Below are positions 7,213-17,081 of a stretch of 64,000 nt of DNA, piece after piece. Position 1 is the stretch's first letter. The number at the start of each line of letters is the position of its first letter. The stretch covers positions 1,579 through 65,578 of the forward strand of contig JACPSW010000001.1 of NCBI GenBank assembly GCA_016193045.1. The letters run 5' to 3'. The notes under the pieces are model-generated. The model ran no database searches. It saw only the letters and a list, made by a program, of their open reading frames with translations, and had not been told where the DNA came from. Source of the stretch: Candidatus Rokuibacteriota bacterium. GTDB lineage: Bacteria; Methylomirabilota; Methylomirabilia; Rokubacteriales; CSP1-6. A program made the position numbers and the translations under genes.

Positions 7213-10200
7213 GCTTCCTTTCTCCGCTCGCGTTCCTGCTCTTCACCCTGTCCGTCCCGCTCCTGCTCCTGTACTTCCTCAAGGTGCGGCGCCGGGAGAA
7301 GAGCGTGTCCAGCCTTCTCCTCTGGGATCCGGCGCTCCGGGACCGCGAGGCCTCCGCCTTCTTCCAGCGCCTCCAGCGCGATCCGCTCCTGCTTCTCCAG
7401 ATCCTCGCGCTGCTGGCGCTGACGCTGGCGCTGGCGCGGCCGGCGGTGACGCTCAAGGGCCAGGGCGCGCAGCGGACCGTGATCATCCTCGACACGTCGG
7501 CCTCCATGAAGGCCACCGACGTGGCGCCGTCCCGCTTCGTCGCGGCCCAGCGGGAAGCGCTGGCGTTTCTCAATCGTCTCCCCGCGGGCACCGAAGTCAT
7601 GGTGATCGAGGCGGGAATCCAGCCCCGGGTCCTCGTCGCCTTCTCGCGCGACCGCGAACGGATCACGTCAGCCCTCAGGGCTGTCGAAGCGCGAGACGTC
7701 ACGAATCGGTTGACGCAGGCGATCAGCACCGCCCGCGCGCTGACCGCCCAGGATCCGGCCGCTGAGATCCGCGTTTTCACCGACGGGGCGCATACGGTTT
7801 CGGTCGCCGACGGCCGTGACGATCCCCGGGTCCGCTGGGTGGGAGTCGCTCGCGGCGGGCGGAACGTGGGCATCACGAACCTCGCGATCCGCAAGACCTT
7901 CTACGGGGCCCTGGGCTACCAGGCGTTCGCCTCCGTCGTGAACTTCTCGGAGGAGCCTCAAGCGTTCACGTTCACCCTGGACCTGGACGACCAGCCGATC
8001 GCGGAGCAGTCGCTCACCCTGGATCCCCACGTGCGCCGGTCGGTGGTGGTGCCGTTCAGCCACAACGGCGCGGGCGTGGTGCGGGGCCGGCTCGGGATCG
8101 CTGACGACCTGAGCGCCGACAACGTGGCCCACGCCGTCATCCCGCAGCCCGGCCAGATGCGGGTGCTGCTGGTGAGCCCGGGCAACCTCTTCCTCGAGAA
8201 GGCCCTCGGGGTGGATCCCCAGGTGACGCTCGAGGTGCGCACCCCCGAGACCTACCAGGGCGGGATGGACGCCTTCGATGTGGTGGTGCTGGACAGCGTG
8301 AGCCCGCCGCGCATCGGGCCGGGCCGGTACGTCCTGATCAACACGACCCCGCCCGACGTGCCGCTGGAGAGCCTGGGCCGGCTCGAGCAGCCGGTGATCC
8401 TGGACTGGGATCGGTCGCACCCGGTCATGCGGTACGTGGACTTTTCCAAGGTGGTGATCGAGGAAGCGCTCCGCGTGCGCCCGCTGGCGGCCGGCAAGAC
8501 CCTGGTGGAGGCGGTCGGAGGGCCCCTGATCTACGTGCTCGAAGAGCCGCGGCGGAAGGCGGTCTTCTTCGGCTTCGACCTCTTCAAGACGGACTTCCCG
8601 CTGCGGGTCGCGTTTCCGGTCATGCTCTCCAACGGCCTCCGTTGGCTCCACCCGGCCGGCCTCGATCTGACCAGCTTCCAGCTGCGGGCGGGGGATCCCA
8701 TCCTTCTCCCGGTGGAGCACGGGGTCACCTCGGCCCGCGTGACCACCCCGTCGGGGCGGAGCGTGGAGGCGCAGGTCACGCGCGGGCTGGCCAGTTTTAC
8801 CGAAACCGGTCAGGCGGGCGTGTACACGGTCGGGACGTCCCGCGGGGAGACGCGCGTCGCCGTGAACCTTGCCAGCGCCGAGGAGTCGGACATCGCTCCC
8901 CGGCCGCTTCCGGCGCGCCCCGAGGCGCCTTCCCTCCAGGGCCCCGTCGTGCCGCTCCAGCGAGAACTGTGGGGGCTGTTCGTGCTGCTGGCGGCCCTTC
9001 TTCTCTCGGTTGAGGGGTACCTCTACTGGCGCCGCCAGACCTCCGGGCGCCCGGCGCTTCCCGCAGGCCTCGGCGATCGCTGGGCTCTCGGGTTGCGCTG
9101 CGCGCTCGTGGTGCTGCTCCTTGTCTCGCTGCTGAGGCCGGTGGTGCCGCGCTGGGTGGACCGGCTGAACGTCATGTTCCTCCTCGATGTGTCGGACAGC
9201 GTCAGCCTGGCGGCGCGGGAGCGCGCCTACCGTTTCGCGGCCCAGGCGCTGGCGGGGATGCAGGAGGGCGATCAGGCCGGGCTGATCATCTTCGGCCAGG
9301 AGGCCCTCGCGGAGCAGCCGCTCAGCCAGAAGCCCAAGGTGGAGCGGGTCCAGGTGCAGGTGGCCGGGCGCGGGACGGACCTGGCCCAAGCGATCCAGCT
9401 CGCGCTGGCCATGCTGCCGGCGGGCCACGCCAACCGGCTCGTCCTTCTGAGCGACGGGCGCCCGACCACGGGGAACGCGCTGGCCGCCGCGCAGGCCGCG
9501 AAGGACGCGGGCGCGGACATCCACTACGTCCCGACGCCGCTGACCTTCTCCCAGGAAGTGGTGGTGGAATCCATTCTGCTCCCCGAGGAGGTGAAGTTCG
9601 GCGAGCCGTTTGACGCCAAGGTCGTCGCCTGGAGCCAGCAGGATACCCAGGGCCGTTTGTCGCTCTTCCGGAACGGGGAGTTCCTCGGCTCCCAGGTGGT
9701 TCGCCTCTCCGCCGGCAAGAACGTGTACGCCTACCGCCAGTCGCTCGAGCAGAGCGGGATCCACGTGTACCAGGCCGCGATCGACGTGGAGGGGGACACC
9801 ATCGAGGAAAACAACCGGGCCGTGGGCACCGTCGTGGTCCGCGGGCGCCCGCAGGTGCTGCTCGCGGAGAAGGACCGCGCGCACGCGCAGTCCCTGAGCG
9901 CGGCCCTCCGCACCCAGCACATCGACGTGACGGTGGTCGATCCGGAGGGGATTCCCAAGGACCCGGCGGGGCTCCAGAAGTACGACGGCCTGATCCTGTC
10001 GAACGTGTCCTCCCTCAAGCTGACCAAGAGGCAGATGGAGCACATCCGGGACTACGTCCGCGACGGGGGCGGCGGACTCATCATGCTGGGCGGCGAGGAG
10101 AGCTTCGGTCTCGGCGGCTACTACCGGACGCCGATCGAGGAGGCCCTGCCGGTGACGATGGAGGTGAAGCAGCGCATCGAGATCCCCAGCCTGGCGGTGG

Positions 10201-11615
10201 TGCTGTCCGTCGATCGGTCGGGGTCGATGGCGATGTCCACCGACGAGAAGGTGACGAAGCTGGACATCGCGAAGGAGGCGGCGCACCTGGTCGTGGACCT
10301 CCTGGACGAGCGGAACGAGGTGGGCGTGATGAGCTGGGACACCGAGTTCCTCTGGGACGTCCCGATCCAGCCCGCCCGGAACCGGTCGGGCATCCACCAC
10401 TCGATCGCCACCGTCAAGGCGGGCGGGGGGACCGACGGCTATCCGGCCCTGAGGGAGTCGTACCGGGTCCTCTTCGACCGCCCGGCGCTGCTCAAGCACG
10501 TCATCTTCCTCTCCGACGGCCAGATGACGCGCGGGGACTTCGCCGGGCTCATCCGCCGCATGGTGAAGGACAAGATCCCCGTTTCCTCCGTCGCCATCGG
10601 AAAGGACTCCGACGTCGAGCTCATGTTCGACATCGCCAAGTGGGGGCGGGGGCGCTTCTACTACACCGAGGACACGCACACGATCCCTCGGATCTTCACG
10701 CTGGAGACCCAGCTGGCCTCCAAGGCCTCGCTGGTCGAGCAGCCGTTCAAGCCGATCCTGGCCGCCTCGAGCCACGAGGTCCTGCAGGACATCGACTGGA
10801 AGAACGCGCCGCCGCTCGGCGGCTACGTGGCGACCACGCTCAAGGGGACGGCGGAGCAGCTGCTCATGACCCACCAGGAGGATCCGCTGCTGGGCACGTG
10901 GCGGTACGGGCTCGGGCGCGCGGCCGCGTTCACCTCCGACGCGAAGGCGAAGTGGGCGGTGCTCTGGCTTCGATGGGGCGCCTTCAACAAGTTCTGGGGG
11001 CAGTTGACGCGCTGGACCCTGCGCACCGGGACCCGCAGCGACACCGTGGCCACGGTCGAGCGGCGGGACGGGATCGGGGAGGTGACCGTCGAGGCCGTCG
11101 ACCTGAGGGGAGAGTTCGTCAACTTCCTGGAGGCGCAGGTCGGCGTCATCGCTCCGGACAAGCGGCGGTTGGTCGTCGAGCTGGAGCAGGTGGCGCCGGG
11201 CCGGTACCGGGGCCGCTTCCCCGCCCCCGACGAGGGGGTATATCTCGTCGGGATGGCCCACCGCCGGGGCGAGAAGATGGTTGGCTCGCAGCTGGCGGGG
11301 TTGGTGGTACCCTATGCTCAGGAGTTCCGCGATCTCGGCGTGGACGAGCGCCTCTTGCGGGAGTTGTCGGAGCTCACCGGCGGTGGCGCAGTGGCTCAGC
11401 CGAAGGACGTGTTCCTCCAGGCCCGGCGGCGATCGCGCCTGGCGGTAGAACTCTGGCCCTGGCTTCTGGGGTGCGTGGCGGTGCTGCTCCTGCCGGAGGT
11501 GGCGCTGAGGCGGGTCGGCCCGGGGTTCCTGGCCGGCTTGGTCGCGCGGCTCCGGGGCCCGGGGAAGGGAAGGACGTTCCTTCGGCGCAAGGGAGGCGGG
11601 CATGAGGGAGCGTAA
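7209..11615 (+). CDS. Giant membrane protein: BatA-type N-terminal domain + VWA + GATase1-like + second VWA
   Basis: 1468 aa. N-terminus SFLSPLAFLLFTLSVPLLLLYFLKVRRRE (aerotolerance BatA N-terminal type). VIILDTSASM and FLLDVSDSVS / VLSVDRSGSM are VWA MIDAS motifs. LILSNVSS...DYVRDGGGGLIMLGG is GATase1-like. There are internal and C-terminal TM segments. GTGA overlap with DUF58. Confidence 0.85.
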   Translation: MSFLSPLAFLLFTLSVPLLLLYFLKVRRREKSVSSLLLWDPALRDREASAFFQRLQRDPLLLLQILALLALTLALARPAVTLKGQGAQRTVIILDTSASMKATDVAPSRFVAAQREALAFLNRLPAGTEVMVIEAGIQPRVLVAFSRDRERITSALRAVEARDVTNRLTQAISTARALTAQDPAAEIRVFTDGAHTVSVADGRDDPRVRWVGVARGGRNVGITNLAIRKTFYGALGYQAFASVVNFSEEPQAFTFTLDLDDQPIAEQSLTLDPHVRRSVVVPFSHNGAGVVRGRLGIADDLSADNVAHAVIPQPGQMRVLLVSPGNLFLEKALGVDPQVTLEVRTPETYQGGMDAFDVVVLDSVSPPRIGPGRYVLINTTPPDVPLESLGRLEQPVILDWDRSHPVMRYVDFSKVVIEEALRVRPLAAGKTLVEAVGGPLIYVLEEPRRKAVFFGFDLFKTDFPLRVAFPVMLSNGLRWLHPAGLDLTSFQLRAGDPILLPVEHGVTSARVTTPSGRSVEAQVTRGLASFTETGQAGVYTVGTSRGETRVAVNLASAEESDIAPRPLPARPEAPSLQGPVVPLQRELWGLFVLLAALLLSVEGYLYWRRQTSGRPALPAGLGDRWALGLRCALVVLLLVSLLRPVVPRWVDRLNVMFLLDVSDSVSLAARERAYRFAAQALAGMQEGDQAGLIIFGQEALAEQPLSQKPKVERVQVQVAGRGTDLAQAIQLALAMLPAGHANRLVLLSDGRPTTGNALAAAQAAKDAGADIHYVPTPLTFSQEVVVESILLPEEVKFGEPFDAKVVAWSQQDTQGRLSLFRNGEFLGSQVVRLSAGKNVYAYRQSLEQSGIHVYQAAIDVEGDTIEENNRAVGTVVVRGRPQVLLAEKDRAHAQSLSAALRTQHIDVTVVDPEGIPKDPAGLQKYDGLILSNVSSLKLTKRQMEHIRDYVRDGGGGLIMLGGEESFGLGGYYRTPIEEALPVTMEVKQRIEIPSLAVVLSVDRSGSMAMSTDEKVTKLDIAKEAAHLVVDLLDERNEVGVMSWDTEFLWDVPIQPARNRSGIHHSIATVKAGGGTDGYPALRESYRVLFDRPALLKHVIFLSDGQMTRGDFAGLIRRMVKDKIPVSSVAIGKDSDVELMFDIAKWGRGRFYYTEDTHTIPRIFTLETQLASKASLVEQPFKPILAASSHEVLQDIDWKNAPPLGGYVATTLKGTAEQLLMTHQEDPLLGTWRYGLGRAAAFTSDAKAKWAVLWLRWGAFNKFWGQLTRWTLRTGTRSDTVATVERRDGIGEVTVEAVDLRGEFVNFLEAQVGVIAPDKRRLVVELEQVAPGRYRGRFPAPDEGVYLVGMAHRRGEKMVGSQLAGLVVPYAQEFRDLGVDERLLRELSELTGGGAVAQPKDVFLQARRRSRLAVELWPWLLGCVAVLLLPEVALRRVGPGFLAGLVARLRGPGKGRTFLRRKGGGHEGA

Positions 11616-12948
11616 GGTCTGGATCGGTGTCCTGACCCTCGTCGCCGCGCTGGTCGCTCCGGCGGGGAGCGCGGCGGCGCCGGCCGTGCGATCGCTCCTG
11701 ATCCTGCCCTACCAGCCCGTGGACCTCGAGCGTGAAGAGCAGTGGCTCGGGGACGGCGTTGCCCACCTCCTGGCCCTCTCCCTCGTGAACCATCCCGGCC
11801 TCGTCCTCGTGGATCCCGCACGGATCAGGCGGCTCGGCCAGCCCGAGGCGTGGGGGGAAGAAGTGGTCCTGGGATTCGCCCGGATGGCGCGCGCGGACCT
11901 GGCCTTTTACGGGGAGATCAGGCGCGTCGCCGGCGATCTCGTCCTGCGGCCCCGCTACCTGGAATTCACGGGGACGGGCGCCGAGACGCGGGCCCTGCCG
12001 CCCATCGCGGTCCCCGACGCCCGGGTCCCGGAAGGGCTCAGCAGCCTGCCCCTGGCCTACGCGCGCGCGCTCAGCCTCGCGCCGACCGAGGGCGACGCCG
12101 CCAGGATCGAGAAGGGCGCGATGTCCACCAAATCGGCGCGCGCTTTCGAGGCCTACGTCAAGGGGCGTCACGCGGGGCTCCACGGCACGCAGGCGGGCAA
12201 CGAGGCGGCGGCGGACCTGCTCGGCAAGGCGGTCGAGCTGGACCCGGCCTTCGCCGCCGCCCAGTACGCGCTGGGCGTGGCGCATCTCGCCCTGGGCAAC
12301 CGCTGGAAGGCCGCCGCCCAGTTCCGCGCCTCGACCCAGCTCGATCCGGCATTCCCCGAGCCCTACAAGGCCCTGGGCGATCTGTTCCTCGCCGCGCCCC
12401 GCCGCCTCTTCGATCAGGCCGTGGAGGCCTATCAGAAGGCGCTGGAGCTCCGACCCTTTTACGCCGACGCGCACGTCGGGCTCGGGGACGCGCGGGCGGC
12501 CAAGGGCGAGGTGGACGCGGCCATCGCGAGCTATCAGAAGGCGCTGCTCTACAATCCGGCGAACCCCAAGGTCCACATGAGCCTGGGGAAGATCTACTAC
12601 GGCGAGAAGGGGCTCTACTACGAGTCGGTGAGCTCCTACCAGAAGGCGATCGAGCTCGATCCGCAGTTCCTCGAGGCGCGCATGGGGCTCGGCGAAGTGT
12701 ACGAGGACAAAGGGCTGTACCCGGAGGCCATCCGGGAGTACCGGAAGGTCGTGGAGCTGGACCCCCAGCACACCGGCGGGCTGTACAACCTCGCGCTCGT
12801 GTACGAGAAGGTGGATCCCCGGGAGGCCATCGCCCACTGGGAGCACTACATTCAGGTGGCGGCGCCGCTCCCGTCAGAGAAGGACTGGGTGGACGTGGCC
12901 CGCCAGCATCTGAGGAAGCTCAAGATCCAGGTGGAGGGGAATCGCTGA
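11602..12948 (+). CDS. Secreted TPR-repeat protein (BatC/BatE-like)
   Basis: Signal peptide MRERKVWIGVLTLVAALVAPAGSAAA. The C-terminal half has at least 6 tandem 34-aa TPR units (AxxxYxKALELxPxxAxAHxxLG...). 14-nt overlap with the upstream gene. Confidence 0.85.
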   Translation: MRERKVWIGVLTLVAALVAPAGSAAAPAVRSLLILPYQPVDLEREEQWLGDGVAHLLALSLVNHPGLVLVDPARIRRLGQPEAWGEEVVLGFARMARADLAFYGEIRRVAGDLVLRPRYLEFTGTGAETRALPPIAVPDARVPEGLSSLPLAYARALSLAPTEGDAARIEKGAMSTKSARAFEAYVKGRHAGLHGTQAGNEAAADLLGKAVELDPAFAAAQYALGVAHLALGNRWKAAAQFRASTQLDPAFPEPYKALGDLFLAAPRRLFDQAVEAYQKALELRPFYADAHVGLGDARAAKGEVDAAIASYQKALLYNPANPKVHMSLGKIYYGEKGLYYESVSSYQKAIELDPQFLEARMGLGEVYEDKGLYPEAIREYRKVVELDPQHTGGLYNLALVYEKVDPREAIAHWEHYIQVAAPLPSEKDWVDVARQHLRKLKIQVEGNR

Positions 12949-12950
12949 GG

Positions 12951-13190
12951 CTAAATTCCCAGCAGGCGCTCGAGCCGCGCCCGGTCAAATCCCACGACCA
13001 CCTCGTCGTCGACGAGGATCACCGGCACGGCCATCTGTCCCGTTCGCCGCACCAGTTCCTCCCGCGCCTCCGAATCGTCCATGACGTTCCTGTCCGCGAA
13101 CGTCACGCCCTTGGACGAAAGAAACTCTTTCGTCGCGCGGCAGGGGCGTCAGGTCGGCGTCGAAAAGACGACCACTCGGCGCTGGGTCAC
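12951..13190 (-). CDS. Glutaredoxin-like protein (YruB/NrdH-like fold) with in-frame TGA at the first active-site position: candidate selenoprotein (UxxC)
   Basis: GTG 13190 follows AGGAGG with an 8-nt spacer. Translation VTQRRVVVFSTPT-[TGA 13151..13149]-RPCRATKEFLSSKGVTFADRNVMDDSEARELVRRTGQMAVPVILVDDEVVVGFDRARLERLLGI. The text after the TGA stays in frame and matches the glutaredoxin fold (TxCPxC...K..L...G..F...dv......el.....g...VP.i...g..vvGFd). The track splits this gene because of the TGA. Confidence 0.6.
13114..13134 (-). promoter_or_regulatory. Candidate bacterial SECIS hairpin downstream of the in-frame UGA
   Basis: On the mRNA strand: GACGAAAGA-GUU-UCUUUCGUC, a perfect 9-bp stem with a 3-nt G/U-containing apical loop. 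It starts 15 nt after the UGA and lies inside the coding sequence. Confidence 0.45.
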
Positions 13191-13312
13191 GCGGCTCACC
13201 TCCTGGAGGTCGAGCCCATTCTCCCACAGGGAGTGACGAGCGGCAACTTGACAGCTCGAAGTCCTCGTCGCTATTGTTCTGTGGGCTCATTCACAAGCGG
13301 AGAGGGGGACAT

Positions 13313-14299
13313 TTGAGCGACCTCAGGAAAGATCCGACGCGTGGCCAGTGGGTGCTGGTGCGACCGCGAGGGGGCGCCGAGCCCGCGGGGGCCGAGTGCC
13401 CCTTCTGTCCCGGCAACGAGGCGAGCACCCCGCCGGAGATCGCGGCCTATCGGAAGGAGGGGTCCGCTCCCAACAGCCCGGGCTGGCAGGTGCGGGTCAT
13501 CCCGGAAGCAGACCCGTACTTCCGGGTGGAGTGGGACTTGGTGCGTGAAGGCGTGGGGATGTACGACAAGATCACGCCCCGCGGGGCCAGCGAGCTGATC
13601 ATCGAGAGCCCGAGCCACGAGGACACGCCAGCCGGGATGGGCCCCGACCAGCTGGAGCGCGTCCTTTGGATGTACCGGGACCGGCTCGAGGACCTGAAGC
13701 GCGACCCGGCGATCCGCGACATCCTGATCACGCGCCGGTACGGCAAGCCGGGGTCGCGGATCAGCCATCCCTACTCCCGGGTGACCGCGATTCCCGTGAT
13801 CTTCGACGACCTGCGCCGGGAGCTGCGCGAATCCCGGGAGTACTATCAGTACAAACGGCGCTGCCTCTTCTGCGACATCCTCCGCCAGGAGCAGGCCGAC
13901 GACGATCGGGTGGTGCGGCTGACACCGTTCTTCCTGGTGGTGGTGCCCTACGCGGCGCGCGCGCCCTTCGAGACATGGGTCCTGCCCCGGCAGCACTCGT
14001 GCGCGTACGAAACACTTTCTCCCGAGGCTGCCGCGGACTTGGCCCGGCTGCTGGGCGCATATTTCGGCGTCCTGGCGACGCGATTGGGAAACCCCTCCTT
14101 CGAGCTCGTGCTCCATACGGCCCCGAATCTCGCCGCCAAGATCCTCCAGGACGAGTGGGCGACGATCGTCGACGACTACCACTGGCACCTCGAGATCGCC
14201 GTCCAGCCCGAGCGGGCCACGCGGGTGGGAGGGATCGCCGTCAACGAGGTGCCTCCGGAGGAGGCCGCCCGCCGGCTCCGGGAGGCCTGGGGGACTTAA
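13313..14299 (+). CDS. galT: Galactose-1-phosphate uridylyltransferase family (HIT superfamily) protein
   Basis: N-terminus (TTG 13313) SDLRKDPTRGQWVLV...CPFCPGNE is the zinc-binding motif of GalT-type enzymes. A second half-domain has FCDI and YHWHLEI (HxH-type nucleotidyl-transfer motif). The track ORF start 13274 is also a TTG. 13313 is preferred because of the upstream GGAGAGGGGG and the homologue-like N-terminus. Confidence 0.78.
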   Translation: MSDLRKDPTRGQWVLVRPRGGAEPAGAECPFCPGNEASTPPEIAAYRKEGSAPNSPGWQVRVIPEADPYFRVEWDLVREGVGMYDKITPRGASELIIESPSHEDTPAGMGPDQLERVLWMYRDRLEDLKRDPAIRDILITRRYGKPGSRISHPYSRVTAIPVIFDDLRRELRESREYYQYKRRCLFCDILRQEQADDDRVVRLTPFFLVVVPYAARAPFETWVLPRQHSCAYETLSPEAAADLARLLGAYFGVLATRLGNPSFELVLHTAPNLAAKILQDEWATIVDDYHWHLEIAVQPERATRVGGIAVNEVPPEEAARRLREAWGT

Positions 14300-14390
14300 G
14301 CCGCATCTGCCCACGGCGATCAGCTGTCGGCCCCACTCCGATAGGTGATCCCTCGAAAGTCTGATTTGTCTGTCATAACAATAATTTCCC

Positions 14391-14420
14391 TTGACAGGCG
14401 CCGGGGGGGATGCCAATATA
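14391..14420 (+). promoter_or_regulatory. Candidate sigma-70 promoter of the isc operon
   Basis: TTGACA at 14391-14396, an A/T-rich -10 candidate AATATA at 14415-14420 (18-nt spacer), about 58 nt upstream of the iscR ATG. Confidence 0.4.
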
Positions 14421-14440
14421 CGACTAGTCTAGTCGGGGAT
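14416..14440 (+). promoter_or_regulatory. Candidate IscR (Rrf2) type-1 operator overlapping the -10 / transcription start
   Basis: ATATAC-GACT-AGTCT-AGTC-GGG-GAT resembles the E. coli type-1 IscR site pattern ATAsyyGACTrwwwyAGTCrrsTAT. The core CGACTAG-T-CTAGTCG (14421-14435) is a perfect 7-1-7 palindrome. Confidence 0.55.
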
Positions 14441-14477
14441 CATAGGAGTCGGGAATAGGAAAGGCTGGGAAATTCAT

Positions 14478-14912
14478 ATGCTCCGTTTCACCAAGCGCGC
14501 CGACTACGGCCTGATGGCGATCAATTATATCGTCGTGCGGGGCGCCGACGGGGCCGTCAGCGCCAAGCGGATCGCCGAAGAGTTCGGCATCCCCCCCGAG
14601 CTCCTCGCCAAGATCCTCCAGCGCCTGGCGAAGAAGGGGTTCATCACGAGCCACAACGGCCCCAAGGGGGGATACGTGCTGGCGCGCTCGCCCGAGGAGA
14701 TGACGGTGGGGGAGGTGGTGCGGGCCCTGGAAGGCCCCATCCACATCGTCAACTGTCTGGAGGACGTGGACTGCGCGCAGTTTCCGCGCTGCAACCTCCG
14801 CCGGCCCGTTCAGAAGATCCAGGCGAGCATCAGCTACCTCTTGGACACGATGACCCTGGCTGAGCTGACTCGGGAGACGATCCCGACCGCGGACCTCACG
14901 ACGGTCAACTAG
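14478..14912 (+). CDS. iscR: Rrf2-family transcriptional regulator IscR
   Basis: MLRFTKRADYGLMAINYIV... winged-helix Rrf2 N-terminus. Cys cluster (VNCLEDVDCAQFPRC) for Fe-S ligation. First gene of the isc operon. Confidence 0.9.
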   Translation: MLRFTKRADYGLMAINYIVVRGADGAVSAKRIAEEFGIPPELLAKILQRLAKKGFITSHNGPKGGYVLARSPEEMTVGEVVRALEGPIHIVNCLEDVDCAQFPRCNLRRPVQKIQASISYLLDTMTLAELTRETIPTADLTTVN

Positions 14913-14922
14913 GAGACACGTT

Positions 14923-16149
<1,227 letters not shown>

Positions 16150-16182
16150 GGGATAGCGGCCGACAGAGGAGGAGTCAGAGCC

Positions 16183-16599
16183 ATGGCCTATAGCGACAAG
16201 GTGATTGATCACTACAACAACCCGCGCAACGTGGGGTCCTTCCCCAAGGAGGCCCCGGGCGTGGGCACGGGGCTCGTGGGGGCACCCGAGTGCGGGGACG
16301 TCATGAAGCTCCAGATCAAGGTGAATGTGGACACGGGCCTGATCGAGGACGCCAGGTTCAAGACCTTCGGGTGCGGCAGCGCCATCGCGTCGTCCAGCCT
16401 GGCCACGGAGTGGCTCAAGGGGAAGTCGGTGGACGAAGCGGCGAAGATCAAGAACACGGACATCGTGAACGAGCTGAAGCTGCCCCCGGTGAAGATCCAC
16501 TGCTCGGTGCTGGCCGAGGACGCCATCAAGGCGGCCCTGGCGGACTACCGGGACAAGTGGGGGAAGAAGGAAGCTGCGGCCGGGGCCGCGGCATCATAA
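16183..16599 (+). CDS. iscU: Fe-S cluster assembly scaffold IscU
   Basis: MAYSDKVIDHYNNPRNVGSF...GAPECGDVMKLQIKV...FKTFGCGSAIASSS...LPPVKIHCS. The three ligand Cys and the LPPVK HscA-binding motif are all present. Confidence 0.95.
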   Translation: MAYSDKVIDHYNNPRNVGSFPKEAPGVGTGLVGAPECGDVMKLQIKVNVDTGLIEDARFKTFGCGSAIASSSLATEWLKGKSVDEAAKIKNTDIVNELKLPPVKIHCSVLAEDAIKAALADYRDKWGKKEAAAGAAAS

Positions 16600-16635
16600 A
16601 AGAGGGAAGCGTCGACGAAGGAGGTCGAGCCTGCG

Positions 16636-16962
16636 ATGGCGATGAATCTCAGCGAAGCGGCGTTGAAACAGGTCAAGCAGCTCATGGCCGCCCAGAACCT
16701 CGAGAACGTCTATCTCCGGATGGGCGTGAAGGGAGGCGGGTGCTCCGGCCTCTCCTACTCGCTGGAGTTCGACAACGAGGTCGGGCCCCACGACAAGACC
16801 TTTGACATCGACGGTGTCAAGGTGGTCGTGGATGCCAAGAGCTACCTGTACCTGAACGGGATCACCCTGGACTACGTGACGCAGGGGCTCACGGGCGGCT
16901 TCACGTTCGTGAACCCGAACGCCAAGTCGAGCTGCGGCTGCGGGACGTCGTTCTCGGCGTAG
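16636..16962 (+). CDS. iscA: A-type Fe-S carrier IscA/ErpA (HesB family)
   Basis: 108 aa. GGGCSG...FVNPNAKSSCGCGTSF is the HesB signature (C-x-C-G C-terminal motif). Confidence 0.92.
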   Translation: MAMNLSEAALKQVKQLMAAQNLENVYLRMGVKGGGCSGLSYSLEFDNEVGPHDKTFDIDGVKVVVDAKSYLYLNGITLDYVTQGLTGGFTFVNPNAKSSCGCGTSFSA

Positions 16963-17050
16963 GATGGGACTCCCCCCGCGGAGCGGGGGCCCCGGCTCTT
17001 CAGCATTCAGTGATGCCATCGTAGCGCGTCGCGCGCGACCGGTGAGAGGC

Positions 17051-17081
17051 GAAACGGGCCCCTGAGGCCCGTTTCCTTTTT
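17051..17081 (+). terminator. Rho-independent terminator/attenuator-like hairpin between iscA and hscB
   Basis: GAAACGGGCC-CCTGA-GGCCCGTTTC (10-bp perfect stem) followed by CTTTTTG. Confidence 0.6.

Noticed and set aside
7668-11603. Very long minus-strand ORF (1311 aa) antisense to the giant VWA gene. Similar cases are 46533-49136 (867 aa), 57604-59604 (666 aa), 28574-30568 (664 aa), 41846-43816 (656 aa), 17769-19643 (624 aa) and 32549-34312 (587 aa).
   Set aside because: - Their translations are Arg/Gly/Pro/Ala/His-rich strings with no recognisable motifs.
- They lie exactly antisense to genes with strong family signatures.
- Long antisense open frames are expected in very GC-rich DNA, where stop codons are rare.
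11742-13316. 524-aa plus-strand ORF overlapping the TPR gene and running across the Grx-like gene.
   Set aside because: - It is an alternative frame of the TPR gene with Arg/Gly/Pro-rich nonsense composition.
- The TPR frame and the minus-strand Grx-like frame both have clear family signatures.
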